Shown here: positions 48,813 to 60,602 of the stretch, piece by piece | Numbering within the stretch: position 1 is the stretch's first letter | How the letters are laid out: each line of letters begins with the position of its first letter | Source of the DNA: Podarcis liolepis | Taxonomy: Eukaryota | Length of the DNA stretch: 64,000 bases | Strand: one strand, 5' to 3' | Assembly (NCBI GenBank): GCA_965112155.1 | Contig: OZ218106.1 | Notes under the pieces: model-generated | Seen by the model: only the letters and a program-made list of their open reading frames with translations | Database searches by the model: none | Told to the model about the DNA's origin: nothing | Program-made: the position numbers and the translations under genes

Positions 48813-51800
48813 CAAATAACAACATGTAGAGGGTGCTTCTACCATCATCCTCCCCTTCAGTCTCCCCTCACCATTGCCTATTAGCACACCAGTATTTTTG
48901 CAAACCGGCTGCGAATGTCTGTTGTTACAAGCTGGCAACCCAAACTATTTGCATTCCCCGACTGCTAGATTTCCTCACCTCTTACACCTTTGAGCACAGT
49001 CTATTAAAAAGCCAGTTTCTATTTTGGTTGAAATGAGACTCAAGTTTAAAATCTTTATAGCTTAACTACAGCTGTTAGCTCTGAAACATAATTAGCGATA
49101 CTTGGAAGAGATAATTTGGGAGCTGCTCAGGTGGAAGCAATGCAAATGTGTCTAGCTGTCACCTCCAACCTGCAAAGCACAGGGAATGGTAGGCGAAAAG
49201 GAAGGAAAAGCCACTTTAAAATAAAAATACACTAGTGTTTAAAATAAACAGAGGACACTGCTTGCTCAGCCAATTGCTGAGTCTTGCTCGCCCCTGGTTT
49301 GGGGAGATATTTTTGTGGGAGTGGAGGGGTGCTTTAGGCGTCAAATCTAAAGGGTCATATGGTAAAGACAGTAGGATGACCTGCCTGACCCCTCACAAAA
49401 CACCTTTGCACCTATGGCCAAGGTCATTGCTATATAATGCCACAAATGATCATGAAGTCTCCATGTTATCACTTCAAAATAACACTTCTGGAATTGTACA
49501 ATGGCAGACTTGTGTGATGGATTTATCTAAAACACAAGGCTGACATTGCAATTCTATGCAGGTCTATTGAGAAGGGTTATTAAGTTCAATGGGGCTTACC
49601 CCCAGGTACATGTGCATTGGACTGCAACCATAGACTAGGTTCTTGGCCAACAATTTCTTTTGGATGTTTCTTGGAGCTCCTCCAGATTGTGTGTGTTTGT
49701 TTTTGGGTGGTGTATTCTGCAACGTGTCATTGATGTAGTAATGGTGCCTTAGTGGTGGATTCACACTGCACATCATTCCGCTTTGTTAGTTCTGCAATCC
49801 TTCCCGAATGATACTGCATTCTTGTCATCTGGAGGAGTACTCCTGTGCTAGCAACAAAAGCAGAACATTTGAGGCATGAAAAGTTAAAGGATTTCAGCAG
49901 GAAGCTACAGGATATGCACTGACCGGAAACAGAGCGATATGACCGCCTCAAAACTGTTGCAATCACAAATATTTATTGACAGTGGGATCCCAGTTAAATA
50001 CCTGCAGATCTTTATTTTTTAATGATGATGATAATGAGCTTCAGACAAAATAGCTACTTCCAGGGAATATTTTAAATTTAAATGATGATGTAGCTAATTC
50101 ACCATTTCCAACATGCTTGTTCAGTTCATAATACTTAGGATTTAATTCTCACCTCTCCCGCATAATTTTACAGGATCTCAACTTCACTATTCCAGGAAGC
50201 TTCATTTATATTTTAAAAATTCTTTAGGGAAACGGATAAAGGATTTTTATTTGGAGTAATGTTTCTTTTTGTTTATTGAGACATTCTAGAAATACACCTT
50301 GAGGAGGTCAGGTAAACCGCAGTGTCTAACCTTGATTGGTTCTGTTCTGGGGAGGAATCTGGCCAAAGTAGGTTATAAAAGTATTCAATTTGCTTATTGC
50401 CCACACTGCCAGTGGTATGGAAAACCTCCATGTCATGAGTGCAGTCCAGAAAGTGAGCAATTTTGTGGCAGTTACCAGAAACACTGAGGCAATTGCAACC
50501 ACTTTGGACTTGGCAGTCACAATTGCCAAATCCAAATCATCCCCGAGTTAACCAATATAAATGGAAAGCCCAACTACAGCCGCCTCCCTCACTTGGCCAT
50601 TTCTGCTTCTGGCTCAAAGGATTGGGCCTGTAACAAACTGTCTATTAAAAATTAAAATTTTTATATTATAATTGAATTCTCATGTTTTCACAGGACATTG
50701 GTATGGACACTGAGAGCCTTTTGCTGACATGAGAAACAAGCAAGGATCTCAGTTGGTTATTTGGGTCAAAAGCTATATAACTGGGAGGGCAGATGTTAGA
50801 AAAATCATAAAATAATAATGGCTTGTCTGTGCTTTTCATTTTTCTTTTTCTTTTTTGCAATGCTGTGGTTTATTTCAAAGTCAGAAATGTAGCACCACCA
50901 GACTCCTATAGCAGAGAAGAGTAAAACACCCTGCTTAACTGTGTCTTCCACCTTTGAATGAGTAATTCCCTCATTCTCTTCATTTCCAAATTCATTGCGA
51001 GCAGAAGTTGGAAAATCTTTCTCACAGGGATGTATCACACTATGGGCCCTTCTTATTGAGCCTTCAGCATTATTTGAGCTTGTGATGTCATTGGGATGGT
51101 TTCAATACCATTTTCACCTGCAAAAGCTATGGGGTGCTTGGGGTAGCAAATTGCTTTGGTTGCAATAATTTTAGCCACTTTGTGCTAAAATCTTGTGACT
51201 TTTCATACCACAACTGTTCTGGGTTTTGGGGGATATTTTTGTCCCCCTTTTGTTGTGCTACAGAACAAGGGTGCACCAGTCACCACTAACTGCAACTAAG
51301 CCTGTAATTAAGCACATATAATTGATGCAGACTCATGCAACTTTCCTATTTACCCCTGTCTCAACATCCCTCCCTGTCCTCTCTTAGTTTCCCATGTTAA
51401 ATTTTGATTCAGAAGCATTTCAGGGCGGGGGGCCTATCCCCTCACGCTCTGCAAAGTGCTATGCACATGGATGGTGCTAAACAAGCATACTGATTATTGC
51501 TGTCAGCCCTAATAAACATTCTCTTTTGGTCTCATTTCAATAGTTTCTAACCCTGTGGAGGACCTTTCTATATTTTATGAGCCCATCTATATTTTATGCT
51601 TTGGTCCTTTGGATCCATCCCTTCCTGTATTATGAATCAATTTATGAGCCGCTTTTATATTCCATAACATTTATGAACAGTTGTTGATAGCTTTCCAGTT
51701 GCTGACAAATGGTTAGGACTTATATTATAAAAAAGGATTAACAACAGAATTCCTGCTTTGTGCAATCCCACAAAATTGCACATACCCCCTCCCCACCCTG

Positions 51801-52096
51801 ACACCAGCGGGAGTTATGTATGCATCATTATAGCCAAGATTGCTCCCTAAATTCTTCCTTGCTCACTGTTAGACAACTGACACCTGCATGTGCATATTTG
51901 AGATCTTTTTCATAGCAAATCAGAAATCTAATGTTCAGCAGAACAATATCCAGCTGGAATAATTAGCTTGCATCCCATGAACTCACAATGGCTTCTGAGC
52001 TGTGTGCCTGTGTTGCAGTCCCATATGGGTGCAGGGTGCATACATGTATCTGAGCACACAGGCGGCGGCAGTCATTTGGGTATTTCTCACTCAATG

Positions 52097-52322
52097 CAGT
52101 GGTACTTCGGGTTACAGACTCTTCAGGTTACAGACTCCGCTAACTCAGAAATAGTACCTCGAGTTAAGAACTTTGCCTCAGGACGAGAACAGAAATTGCA
52201 CGGCGGTGGCACGGCGGCAGCGGGAGGCCCCATTAGCGAAAGTGGTACCTCAGGTTAAGAACAGTTTCAGCTTAAGAACGGACCTCCAGAATGAATCAAG
52301 TTCTTAACCTGAGCTACCACTG
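52097..52322. mobile_element. Tigger/pogo-type MITE (family B)
   Basis: Same TIRs and body as 41760-41974. Confidence 0.92.
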
Positions 52323-52433
52323 TAGTTGTCTGACTGAGAGGACAGTGCAACCAATAGGCTGGCAAAGTCTTTGCCTGAGTAGCACAATAGTCACATGCAT
52401 TTATTTATTTTTTACATGTAAATGAAACATGTG

Positions 52434-52725
52434 TGTTAAGTTGTGGGCAAACATATCAGACGACACAGCGATTCTTCCAACGCAGCTCTTTATTTGTAAG
52501 CTGGAACAGAACTAACTGAGGAGCTCAGTCAGCCTGCTTATATAGAGCTCCAGAACAATGTAACTGTTGCCATTTTCTAAAACTATGCAATCACTGAACG
52601 TCACTTTCGATCCTTCATTTGCATACAAACTATCCAATCACTGAACGTCACTTTCGATCCTTCATTTGCATAACTATCTACAGTATCCCCCTGCTGGCCC
52701 AGGGTGAGAACTTCAGTACATAACA
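52434..52725 (-). mobile_element. Solo LTR (292 bp) with perfect 5-bp TSD
   Basis: TGTTA...TAACA termini; TSD ATGTG at 52429-33 and 52726-30; on the minus strand TATATAA precedes AATAAA; internal 47-bp tandem duplication. Confidence 0.92.
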
Positions 52726-52830
52726 ATGTGAGTGATGATGAATGGGCTAAGGTCCTCATGCCACCAGTTTGAGGCCAAATGTCCCAAGTAGGGAGTCCAT
52801 GAATGATGACCCTCATGTGTGCTGTGGGAC

Positions 52831-52963
52831 GAAGGTTACCAGATTTTTTTCAGTGAATCCAGGGACACTTTTCAACTTCCTACTAAATAGATGGATTTTG
52901 TCAGGGGACTGATTCGTAAATCCAGGGACTGTCCCTGGGAAACGGGGACGTCTGGTAACTTTA
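52831..52963. mobile_element. hAT (Blackjack/Tip100-type) MITE
   Basis: TIRs AAGGTTACCAGA / TCTGGTAACTTT; TSD TGTGGGAC / CGTGGGGC (6/8); GGGAC subterminal repeats. Confidence 0.8.
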
Positions 52964-54466
52964 CGTGGGGCAGCACTGACCCATGTGGTTTACTATTGTG
53001 CTACAGGAGATCTGTCCCACCCTTATGCAAACTACTTTTAGCATCTACCATGTTTGAACCTTTAATTGAAGCTGACTAAAAACTCAGATACTGTATTAAG
53101 GCCTCTTTAGGTATAAATGGTAACTCATCTATATGCATCTGGTTCATATTGGGGGTGTGTGAGAGAGAGACTAGGCTACAAATAGGATATCTCCAGATGA
53201 GAAATCTAAGCTTCAGAGAAGTTTGCACTCAATAATGTGAGGCAGCAGTTCCCTCTCCAGCTTCTGAGGCCTGCATTCTTGTTTCCCATGGAACCATTTA
53301 CAGTACATTTTCTTCAGCATAAAAGGCTTAATTGGCTCAAAAGTCCTAAATGGAACCATTAATTGTTGTTGTGGATAGTTGTCATGGTTACAGATAACGA
53401 CAGCGCGCAATTAAATCCAACTGACTTCATAATACATTCTGGCTGCCAGACAGAAGTTCTAACTATTCAGTTTGGCTTGGAGTTAAAATTTGGTTCTCCA
53501 GCCCTCTTATAGCGGCCCCTGGGCCAATGATTCTACACTCTTGATATTTTATACTATTCATTTTATGGTTGTATACTTCTCACAGACACACCATAATTAA
53601 AATTCCCAGATTTAAAGGATTCTAAATCGACTCCATTCCAAGGAACTATAAATAGACAGTTTTGTGGGAACAGAAATAACTCTAGATCAAGACCAATTTC
53701 CTTTTAGCAGCAAAAACACAAACACAAAAACAAACTTTTCGAAAGGGCTATACTTTAGGAGAAGCAATATAACTACATTTTTTTATTTCTAGCCCTTATT
53801 TCTCAATTGTATGAAAAATTCACATATTCAGTTTCCTCTAAAACTATACAGAGGTTTTTATGGTATATAATGGAATTCATTTTATATAAAGGCAAAGGGA
53901 ATTGATCTAGCAATAAACCAGGGGCAGTTATTTATATTATTTTACATATTTATGATCTTTATGTATTAAAAACTGATTAGATCAGCCTTCCACAAGCCAG
54001 TCTGCTCCAGTTCTCATTAGCCCCAGTCAGTATGGTGAATAGTCAGTCATGAATGGGCATCTAAAATATTTGAAGGGTAACAGATTGGGGGAGGTTTGGC
54101 TAGATGGACTTGCTAGATCTTATCCATATTTTGCCTTTGTTTAATCAAGTTGGAAATTTTATTTTTGTGCAAATCACGCTGAGATTCTTATTTTGTTTCC
54201 AGTTCTGAGGTTGATACTTATTATTGGGTTACACATGGGGAGCTGGAGCTGGTTGCGTGCCTGAGGTGACCGATAGGGTCTATTATTGCTGACGAAATAG
54301 CAATTTCAGTCCTGCTCCAAGTCCAGAAGTACCCCAGATTCATGAGAGCCTTTCACTTGGCATGCTGTGTCCAGCTCTGAGCCCCATGGTTTAAGAAGCA
54401 TAAGGTGAGGGGTCTGGAGGAGAAATCCTGTGAGGAAAGGTTGAAGGACTTGGGTATATTTAGCCT

Positions 54467-54796
54467 GGGACCGGGTGGCACTGTGGGTTAAACCACAGAG
54501 CCTAGGACTTGCCAATCAGAAGGTCGGTGGTTCGAATCCCTGCGACGGGGTGAGCTCCCGTTGCTCGGTCCCTGCTCCTGCCAACCTAGCAGTTCAAAAG
54601 CACATCAAAGTGCAAGTAGATAAATAGGTACTGGTTCCAGTGGGAAGGTAAACGGCGTTTCTGTGCGCTGTTCTGGTTTGCCAGAAGCGGCTTAGTCATG
54701 CTGGCCACATGACCCGGAAGCTGTACGTGAGATGAGCACCGCAACCCCAGAGTCGGTCACGACTGGACCTAATGGTTAGGGGCCCCTTTACCTTTA
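54467..54796 (+). mobile_element. Sauria SINE inserted in CR1
   Basis: Canonical sequence with a short internal deletion after GCTGTACG; flanks TATTTAGCCT(GGG) / TATCTAGCCT(GGG). Confidence 0.95.
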
Positions 54797-55212
54797 TCTA
54801 GCCTGGGCAAAAGATGAATGAGGCAGTGATATGCAAACCATCTTCAAACATTTGGAAGGCTGTCCAAAAGTAGATGGAGAGAAAACTTGTTTTCTGCGGA
54901 TCCAGGGAGGAAAAACCAACCAAACAGGTTAAAATTGAAAGAAGAACCATTTAGATTAAACATTAGGAAGAACCCTCTAAAGTCATGAGGTTTCTTGACA
55001 GTGGAGCAGATTGCTTTGGTAGGTGGTCATACTCTGCTTCATTTGGGGTAACTAAGCAGAGTCTGGATGAAGGGCAGTAGCTCAGTATGAAAACATCTGC
55101 CTTAGGTGCAGAAGGTTCAGAGTTCAATCCCTGGCATCTCCAAGTAAGGCTGGGAGAGACAGCTGTTTGAAATCATGAAAAGCTGCTGCCAGTCAGTGTA
55201 AACAACACTGAG

Positions 55213-55221
55213 TAATAATAA

Positions 55222-55279
<58 letters not shown>

Positions 55280-55950
55280 TTTATTACTTATACCCCGCCC
55301 AGCTGGCTGGGCCTCCCCAGCCACTCTGGGCAGCTTCCAACAGAATATTAATAACACAATAAAACTTCAAACATTAAAAACTTCCCTAAACAGGGCTGCC
55401 TTCAGATGTCTTCTAAAAGTCTGGTACAGTGGTAGGTTAATTACGCTTCAGGTTACAGACTCCGCTAACCCAGAAATAGTACCTTGGGTTAAGAACTTCA
55501 TGATGAGAACAGAAATCGTGCTCCGGTGGCACGGCAGCAGCAGAAGGCCCCATTAGCTAAAGTGGTGCTTCAGGTTAAGAACAGCTTCAGGTTAAGAACG
55601 GACCTCCGGAACGAATTAAGTACTTAACCTGAGTTACCACTGTAGTTGTTTTTCTCTTTGACATCTGGTGGGATGGTTTTCCGCAGGGCGGGTGCCACTA
55701 CCGAGAAGGCCCTCTGCCTGGTTCCCTGTAACTTGGCTTCTCACAGTGAGGGAACTGCCAGAAGGCCCTTGGAGCTGGACCTCAGTGTCCGGGCAGAACG
55801 ATGGGGGTGGAGACGCTTCTTCAGGTATACTGGGCCGAGGCTGTTTAGGGCTTTAAAGGTCAGCACCAACACTGGGAGCCAATGAAGGTCTTTCAGGACT
55901 GGTGTTATATGGTCTCAGCAGCCGATCCCAATCACCAGTCCAGCTGCCAC
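55213..55950 (-). mobile_element. L2 LINE 3' fragment with (TTA)n tail, split by a MITE
   Basis: Closely matches 28217-28580; continuous across the MITE at AAAGTCTGGTA | GTTGTTTTTCTC. Confidence 0.92.
55427..55642. mobile_element. Tigger/pogo-type MITE (family B) inserted in L2
   Basis: CAGTGGTA...TACCACTG; TA duplicated. Confidence 0.92.
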
Positions 55951-56430
55951 TAGTAGTAGTCTGACTCAGTATAGGACAGCTTCCTGGGTTCCTACGGTCA
56001 GTCGTCAGGTTCCTACGGTTAGTAGAAGATTTCCTGAATCAGCAGGGATTTGGACTAGAATACCTGCTGATGCACCTTCAACCTCTATCATCCTGTAACT
56101 GTTCAGAACTTCCCTTCCACCTCTACATAAGAGATAATGGGAAATTAAATTCTGTATTTGGGCAGAGAATCACATGGCAAGAAGAAGCCAAGATGCAGCT
56201 CAGCAGCTGCAAGCATATGGATGCAATCTGCCCAGGTTAACAACCGCACAGAGACACATTCCAGCACATAGATACATGGCAATTCTTTTGTTCCCCCAAA
56301 TCTGCTTGCCCTGTGGCAGTAGAAGGATGGTATGGGAAAGAATAGGAAGCATAGGAAACTATCTTGATAGCTGGAGGGATGACAAGAAAACTCGTATTTG
56401 TAGAAATATTTAGTCATAGTCCAAGCGCAG

Positions 56431-56444
56431 CCACCAGGGGGCAG
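56431..56444 (+). promoter_or_regulatory. CTCF motif (forward)
   Basis: CCACCAGGGGGCAG; full core consensus match. Confidence 0.6.
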
Positions 56445-56871
56445 TTTGAACCTGCAGGATTCCAAGGGGGGGGGGGCGTGCAGAGGAGAAGAGAGAAGAA
56501 ACGGGTACTATGGATATGCTATCCTAGCAGCTGTAGTCTGCTGGGATGTCTGACCTGCTAGGATTCTTCACTGAAAACAAAACTAGGTCAGGAAATGGTA
56601 GAAAAATCACAACCATTTGGTATGTGAAATTGAGAAAAGCATTGAGAAATACCAGCTAAGTAAGCTTTTAGATTGCAAAGCCTTGCCTTCTGTACTGGAA
56701 GAGAATGGGGATGCACTACAACAGTTAAGTAAGAATCCTTCCTGATGCCCTTTTTACTGTACGTTCATGATGATTCCTGCTCATTGATGGCATCGGGGTG
56801 GCACATGTGAAATTGTTTTCAATATTTTTTGTGCCTGCTCAAGTTTTTGGGTAGATATACTGCTTCATTTA

Positions 56872-57223
56872 GGGACGCGGATGGCACTGTGGGTTAAACC
56901 ACAGGGCCTAGGACTTGCTGTTCAGAAGGTCGGCGGTTTGAATCCCCGCAACGGGGTGAGCTCCCGTTGCTCGGTCCCTGTTCCTGCCTACCTAGCAGTT
57001 CGAAAGCATGTCAAAGTGCAAGTAGATAAATAGGTACCGCTCCAGCGGGAAGGTAAACGCCGTTTCCGTGCGCTGCTCTGGTTTGCCAGAAGCGGCTTAG
57101 TCATGCTGGCCACATGACCCAGAAGCTGTACACCGGCTCCCTCGGCCAATAAAGCAAGATGAGCGCCGCATCCCCAGAGTCGGCCACGACTGGACCTAAT
57201 GGTCAGGGATCCCTTTACCTTTA
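56872..57223 (+). mobile_element. Sauria SINE with TSD
   Basis: TGCTTCATTT at 56861-70 and 57225-34; canonical body. Confidence 0.96.
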
Positions 57224-58439
57224 GTGCTTCATTTCCACTTGGTGCATATCTTGTAGCTTCCTGCTATAATCCTGTGACCTTTTATAACTTTTAATGTTCC
57301 ACTTTATTTTTTTGCCCTGCTTCTGCTGCGCTACTGTGCACCTCTGAACACCAATAATGCAACCACATTGGGGGAGCATCACAGAACACCCAATGAAGCA
57401 GAGTAACGTGTGGATAGTCCAGTCTAAATCAATCGCTGATGCACTATTATTGCATCAAAAGACATATTGCGGAATACACCCACAAAACAATCCATCAGTC
57501 TGAATACCAACAAGGCAGCATCCTGGGACATCTTTCTGCCCACTCATTCCATTGACTTGAAAGCAGAATCCCTGTTGGCGATCTTGTACATGCCGGCAAC
57601 AGTGCATTTTTGTTTGAGTGCACACTGTTAACCCGGCAGTCGGGGGGGGGGGGGATCCACCCCTTTGGTTCCCTTGATTAAATTTGTATAATTCAGCAGG
57701 AACAGAAAGGACAGCACCAGAGGGGCAAGGCTTCTGTTTTCTGCCATGGAAAGGTCTTCATTGCCATTCATTAAGAGCTGTATTAGCTCAGCAATCCTGC
57801 ATACAGCAGGCATTTCATGCATAACAATATTTTGGCAGTCAACCAATCATCTTGATATTTTTGGGACTGGCAAAATTCCAGAAGTGTCTCTCCAGTCATA
57901 GATGTCATTTGTTGTTCACTCCCCCGTCAAAGCACTAGCTGGAGGTTTAGTCAAGATTCTTTCAGGTGACCTTTTATTTATTTAACAAGTTTATCCTCTA
58001 AAAAAAAACTGCTTCATGTTTGTTTTTTTTAAAAAAGAGAACAATTGCAGGTTGCAGTTGTCCTTTATGTCTTTGTACAGCCTCCTTCCTTTACTGTGCA
58101 GAGCATTTTTATTTACAGGTATTAGAATCATAGCACCTGAAGGACTCCTGAAGGCCATTTGGTTCATCCTCCTGTTCCATGCAGGAAAACTGAATCCAGA
58201 GCATCACTATCAGAAGGATGTTGGTTATCTGTTCATCGTGGAGTCAGGCCCTGCATTCATTTTGTTAAGTCTTCTAAATGGCTGCTTTGGGATCCATCTC
58301 CCCACCCCCATCAAATGTTTCACTGAGAAAAATAGTGTGGAAAATTCATCCTGATGTTGCGGCGCCTAACATAAAGATTGGGTTTAAATCTTTTGTCTCC
58401 ATGGGATCCACTGCATCTGAGTCTCCACCCATACTATTA

Positions 58440-59073
58440 CAGTGGTACCTTGGTACTCAAACGCCTTGGTTCCCAAACACCAAAAACCTGGAAGTGTTCC
58501 GGTTTTCTAATGTTTTTCAGAAGCCGAACATCCGATGCCACTGTCGGCTATTGTTTCCAGGGTGCTTGCACTGTGCCTAGGTTTTCAAACATTTCGCAAG
58601 TCAAATGGACTTCCAGAAGGGATTAAGTTTGCCCCTTTTGTTTTTACTATTTATGTTGCAATTTTGTTTTTGAAGGTTTTTCGGTTAATTTGTTTTTGTG
58701 ATTGTGTGGTTCACAGTTCAGCTACTGATTGACTGATTAATTGATTGATTGATTGATTGCGTGACTGCAGAAATGGATAAAAGACCCCCATTCAAACAAT
58801 GACTATCTCAGTGCGGGTAAGAATTATTATTATTATTATTATCTACAATGCTGTCTTATTTATTTTATAGTACAGTACATTGTTTATTGCTTTCATTTTA
58901 TTGATCAGTGGTCTTGTTAGATAGTAAAATTCAAGTTAAATTGCTGTTTTGGGATTGTTTTTAAATGTCTGGAGTGGATTAATCCATTTCGCATTACTTT
59001 CTATGGGAAATCACACCTTGGTTTTGGAACGGACTTCCAGAACAGATTAAGTTTGAGAACCAAGGTACCACTG
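58440..59073. mobile_element. Longer Tigger/pogo-type non-autonomous element
   Basis: TIR CAGTGGTACCTTGGT(A/T)CTCAAAC at both ends; TA TSD; internal (GATT)n and (ATT)n. Confidence 0.9.
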
Positions 59074-59550
59074 TATTTGAAGATGCATTTTCATGGAATG
59101 TTCACAAACACTCACCCTCCAGCTGCTAAATTTAAAGGCCAGTCAGTGAGTGCTGCACTCTGCCGTGCAGGAAGTAGACAATCTGTTCACTTAGGAAAGG
59201 TAAATGTTGTTCTGAGCTGATTTTAAACTAGAAAAAAAATCTGTACTATTCAACAATATGTATTTTCCATGGTGATTGCCTTATGGTGAGCTCATTTTCT
59301 TTCTGGGGAATAGAAAGCCTAGCTTCTGAATAGGATTGGATACAATTTATTTGTACCTTAAGAAATATCAGATATCTAGGTGGAAGTGCAGCAATAGAAT
59401 AGATAGACAGATTTAACTAAAGTCATGGTGAACTAGAAAAGATTTGCAAAACTAAAGAACAAACATTCTGGTTGGGTATATAACTGAAGAGGACTCATGG
59501 GAACACAATGTCTGTGCTGAACATTTGCCCATTTTGATTTTTAGTATGAA

Positions 59551-59609
<59 letters not shown>
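59551..59609. repeat. (ATT)n microsatellite
   Basis: Direct run; source of the poly-Leu ORF. Confidence 0.95.
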
Positions 59610-60339
59610 CCCCAAACAATACTGAGAAGAATGTCCATGTTTTTCAAATCACTTTACTGGAATTATTTCCCTACCACTGTTGCTTTGTGTACTTTCTCCA
59701 CAGTGATTACTGAGTTTTCTTCCTGGGACTAGTTAGCTGGGTAATCCTGGCCAATCATAGCATCACAAGCGTTTATAACCAATCAGACTTAGCTATGTGC
59801 TGATGTGTCACTGAGGGACAATGAAGTAGCTTTTAGGAACCATTATCCTTAGTTTCAGTGAGTGAACACTATAGCAAAGCCCTTTTTCAAGATTGCTAAA
59901 AATAATAATAAAATACCAACTCAAATGTGTTCAGGTCAGCTCTGATAACATAGTATTACGCCTATTGAAGTACAAGGTTTCCTACTATGCTCTGAAAGAA
60001 TACAAAATATTTTCAACTTGGCATCTATATTTTTAGATACACATTACATCAATGGAGCTGTCATTTTCTTAGCTAGCTTTCTCCCCCTCAGTGAAGAGGC
60101 AAATCATCTCAGGCAGACGAAGAACTCCTTTTTATCCTAAAATAGACCTGATCTTTCTTGAACAGTTATCAAAGTATGCTTTTAAGGTTTCAAGAATGAA
60201 TGAGAGGCTTTTACAATACCATCCTATGCATATTTGCTCAGTAGTAAGTCCAACTGTGATCAGTAGGGCTTACTCCTAGCCTAAAGTTCTTAAGAATACT
60301 TCCCAGGGAGTAAGTACTGTTGGACACACTGGAGCTTAT

Positions 60340-60602
60340 TTTCCCATTTTCCAATCTTAAAAGTTCAGCTCTATATGTTTCTGTAGTGATTAACAATTAA
60401 AAAAACCAACTGAAAATTCTTCAGCATTTTAATGTGATTTCCCCTCTAATAAACCCATTTTTGTCTGCAGTTTAGATGAATGTACACATTTATGCAAGCA
60501 ATTTCTCCCAGTATAATGCATCTTTGCTATGTTTCAGGAAAATACAACCTTGATAAATTCAGCTTTAAGTGGTATCTGAAATGAATTTCTGCCCCATCCC
60601 TA
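60340..60602. mobile_element. hAT-Ac-like MITE relic
   Basis: Ends ATTTCTGCCCCATCCCTA; body similar to 36876-37308. Confidence 0.6.

Larger units (their letters stand above)
55070..55995 (+). mobile_element. CR1-tailed SINE split by L2 (55070-55212 and ~55951-55995)
   Basis: Head GTAGCTCAG...GTTCAATCCCTGGCATCTCC stops at AACAACACTGAG; tail GTCTGACTCAGTATAGGACAGCTTCCT resumes after the L2. Confidence 0.85.
54362..56098 (+). mobile_element. CR1 LINE fragment in three pieces (54362-54466, 54797-55069, ~55996-56098) hosting nested inserts
   Basis: GAGGAAAGGTTGAAGGACTTGGGTATATTTAGCCTGG, CATCTTCAAACATTTGGAAGGCTGTC, ATTAAACATTAGGAAGAAC and GGACTAGA...CCTTCAACCTCTA follow CR1 order; the 3' part is collinear with the 28 kb copy. 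Confidence 0.8.

Noticed and set aside
52580-52672. Direct repeat pair considered as CRISPR-like
   Set aside because: Two adjacent 47-bp units with no spacer, inside an LTR in vertebrate DNA; no cas genes.
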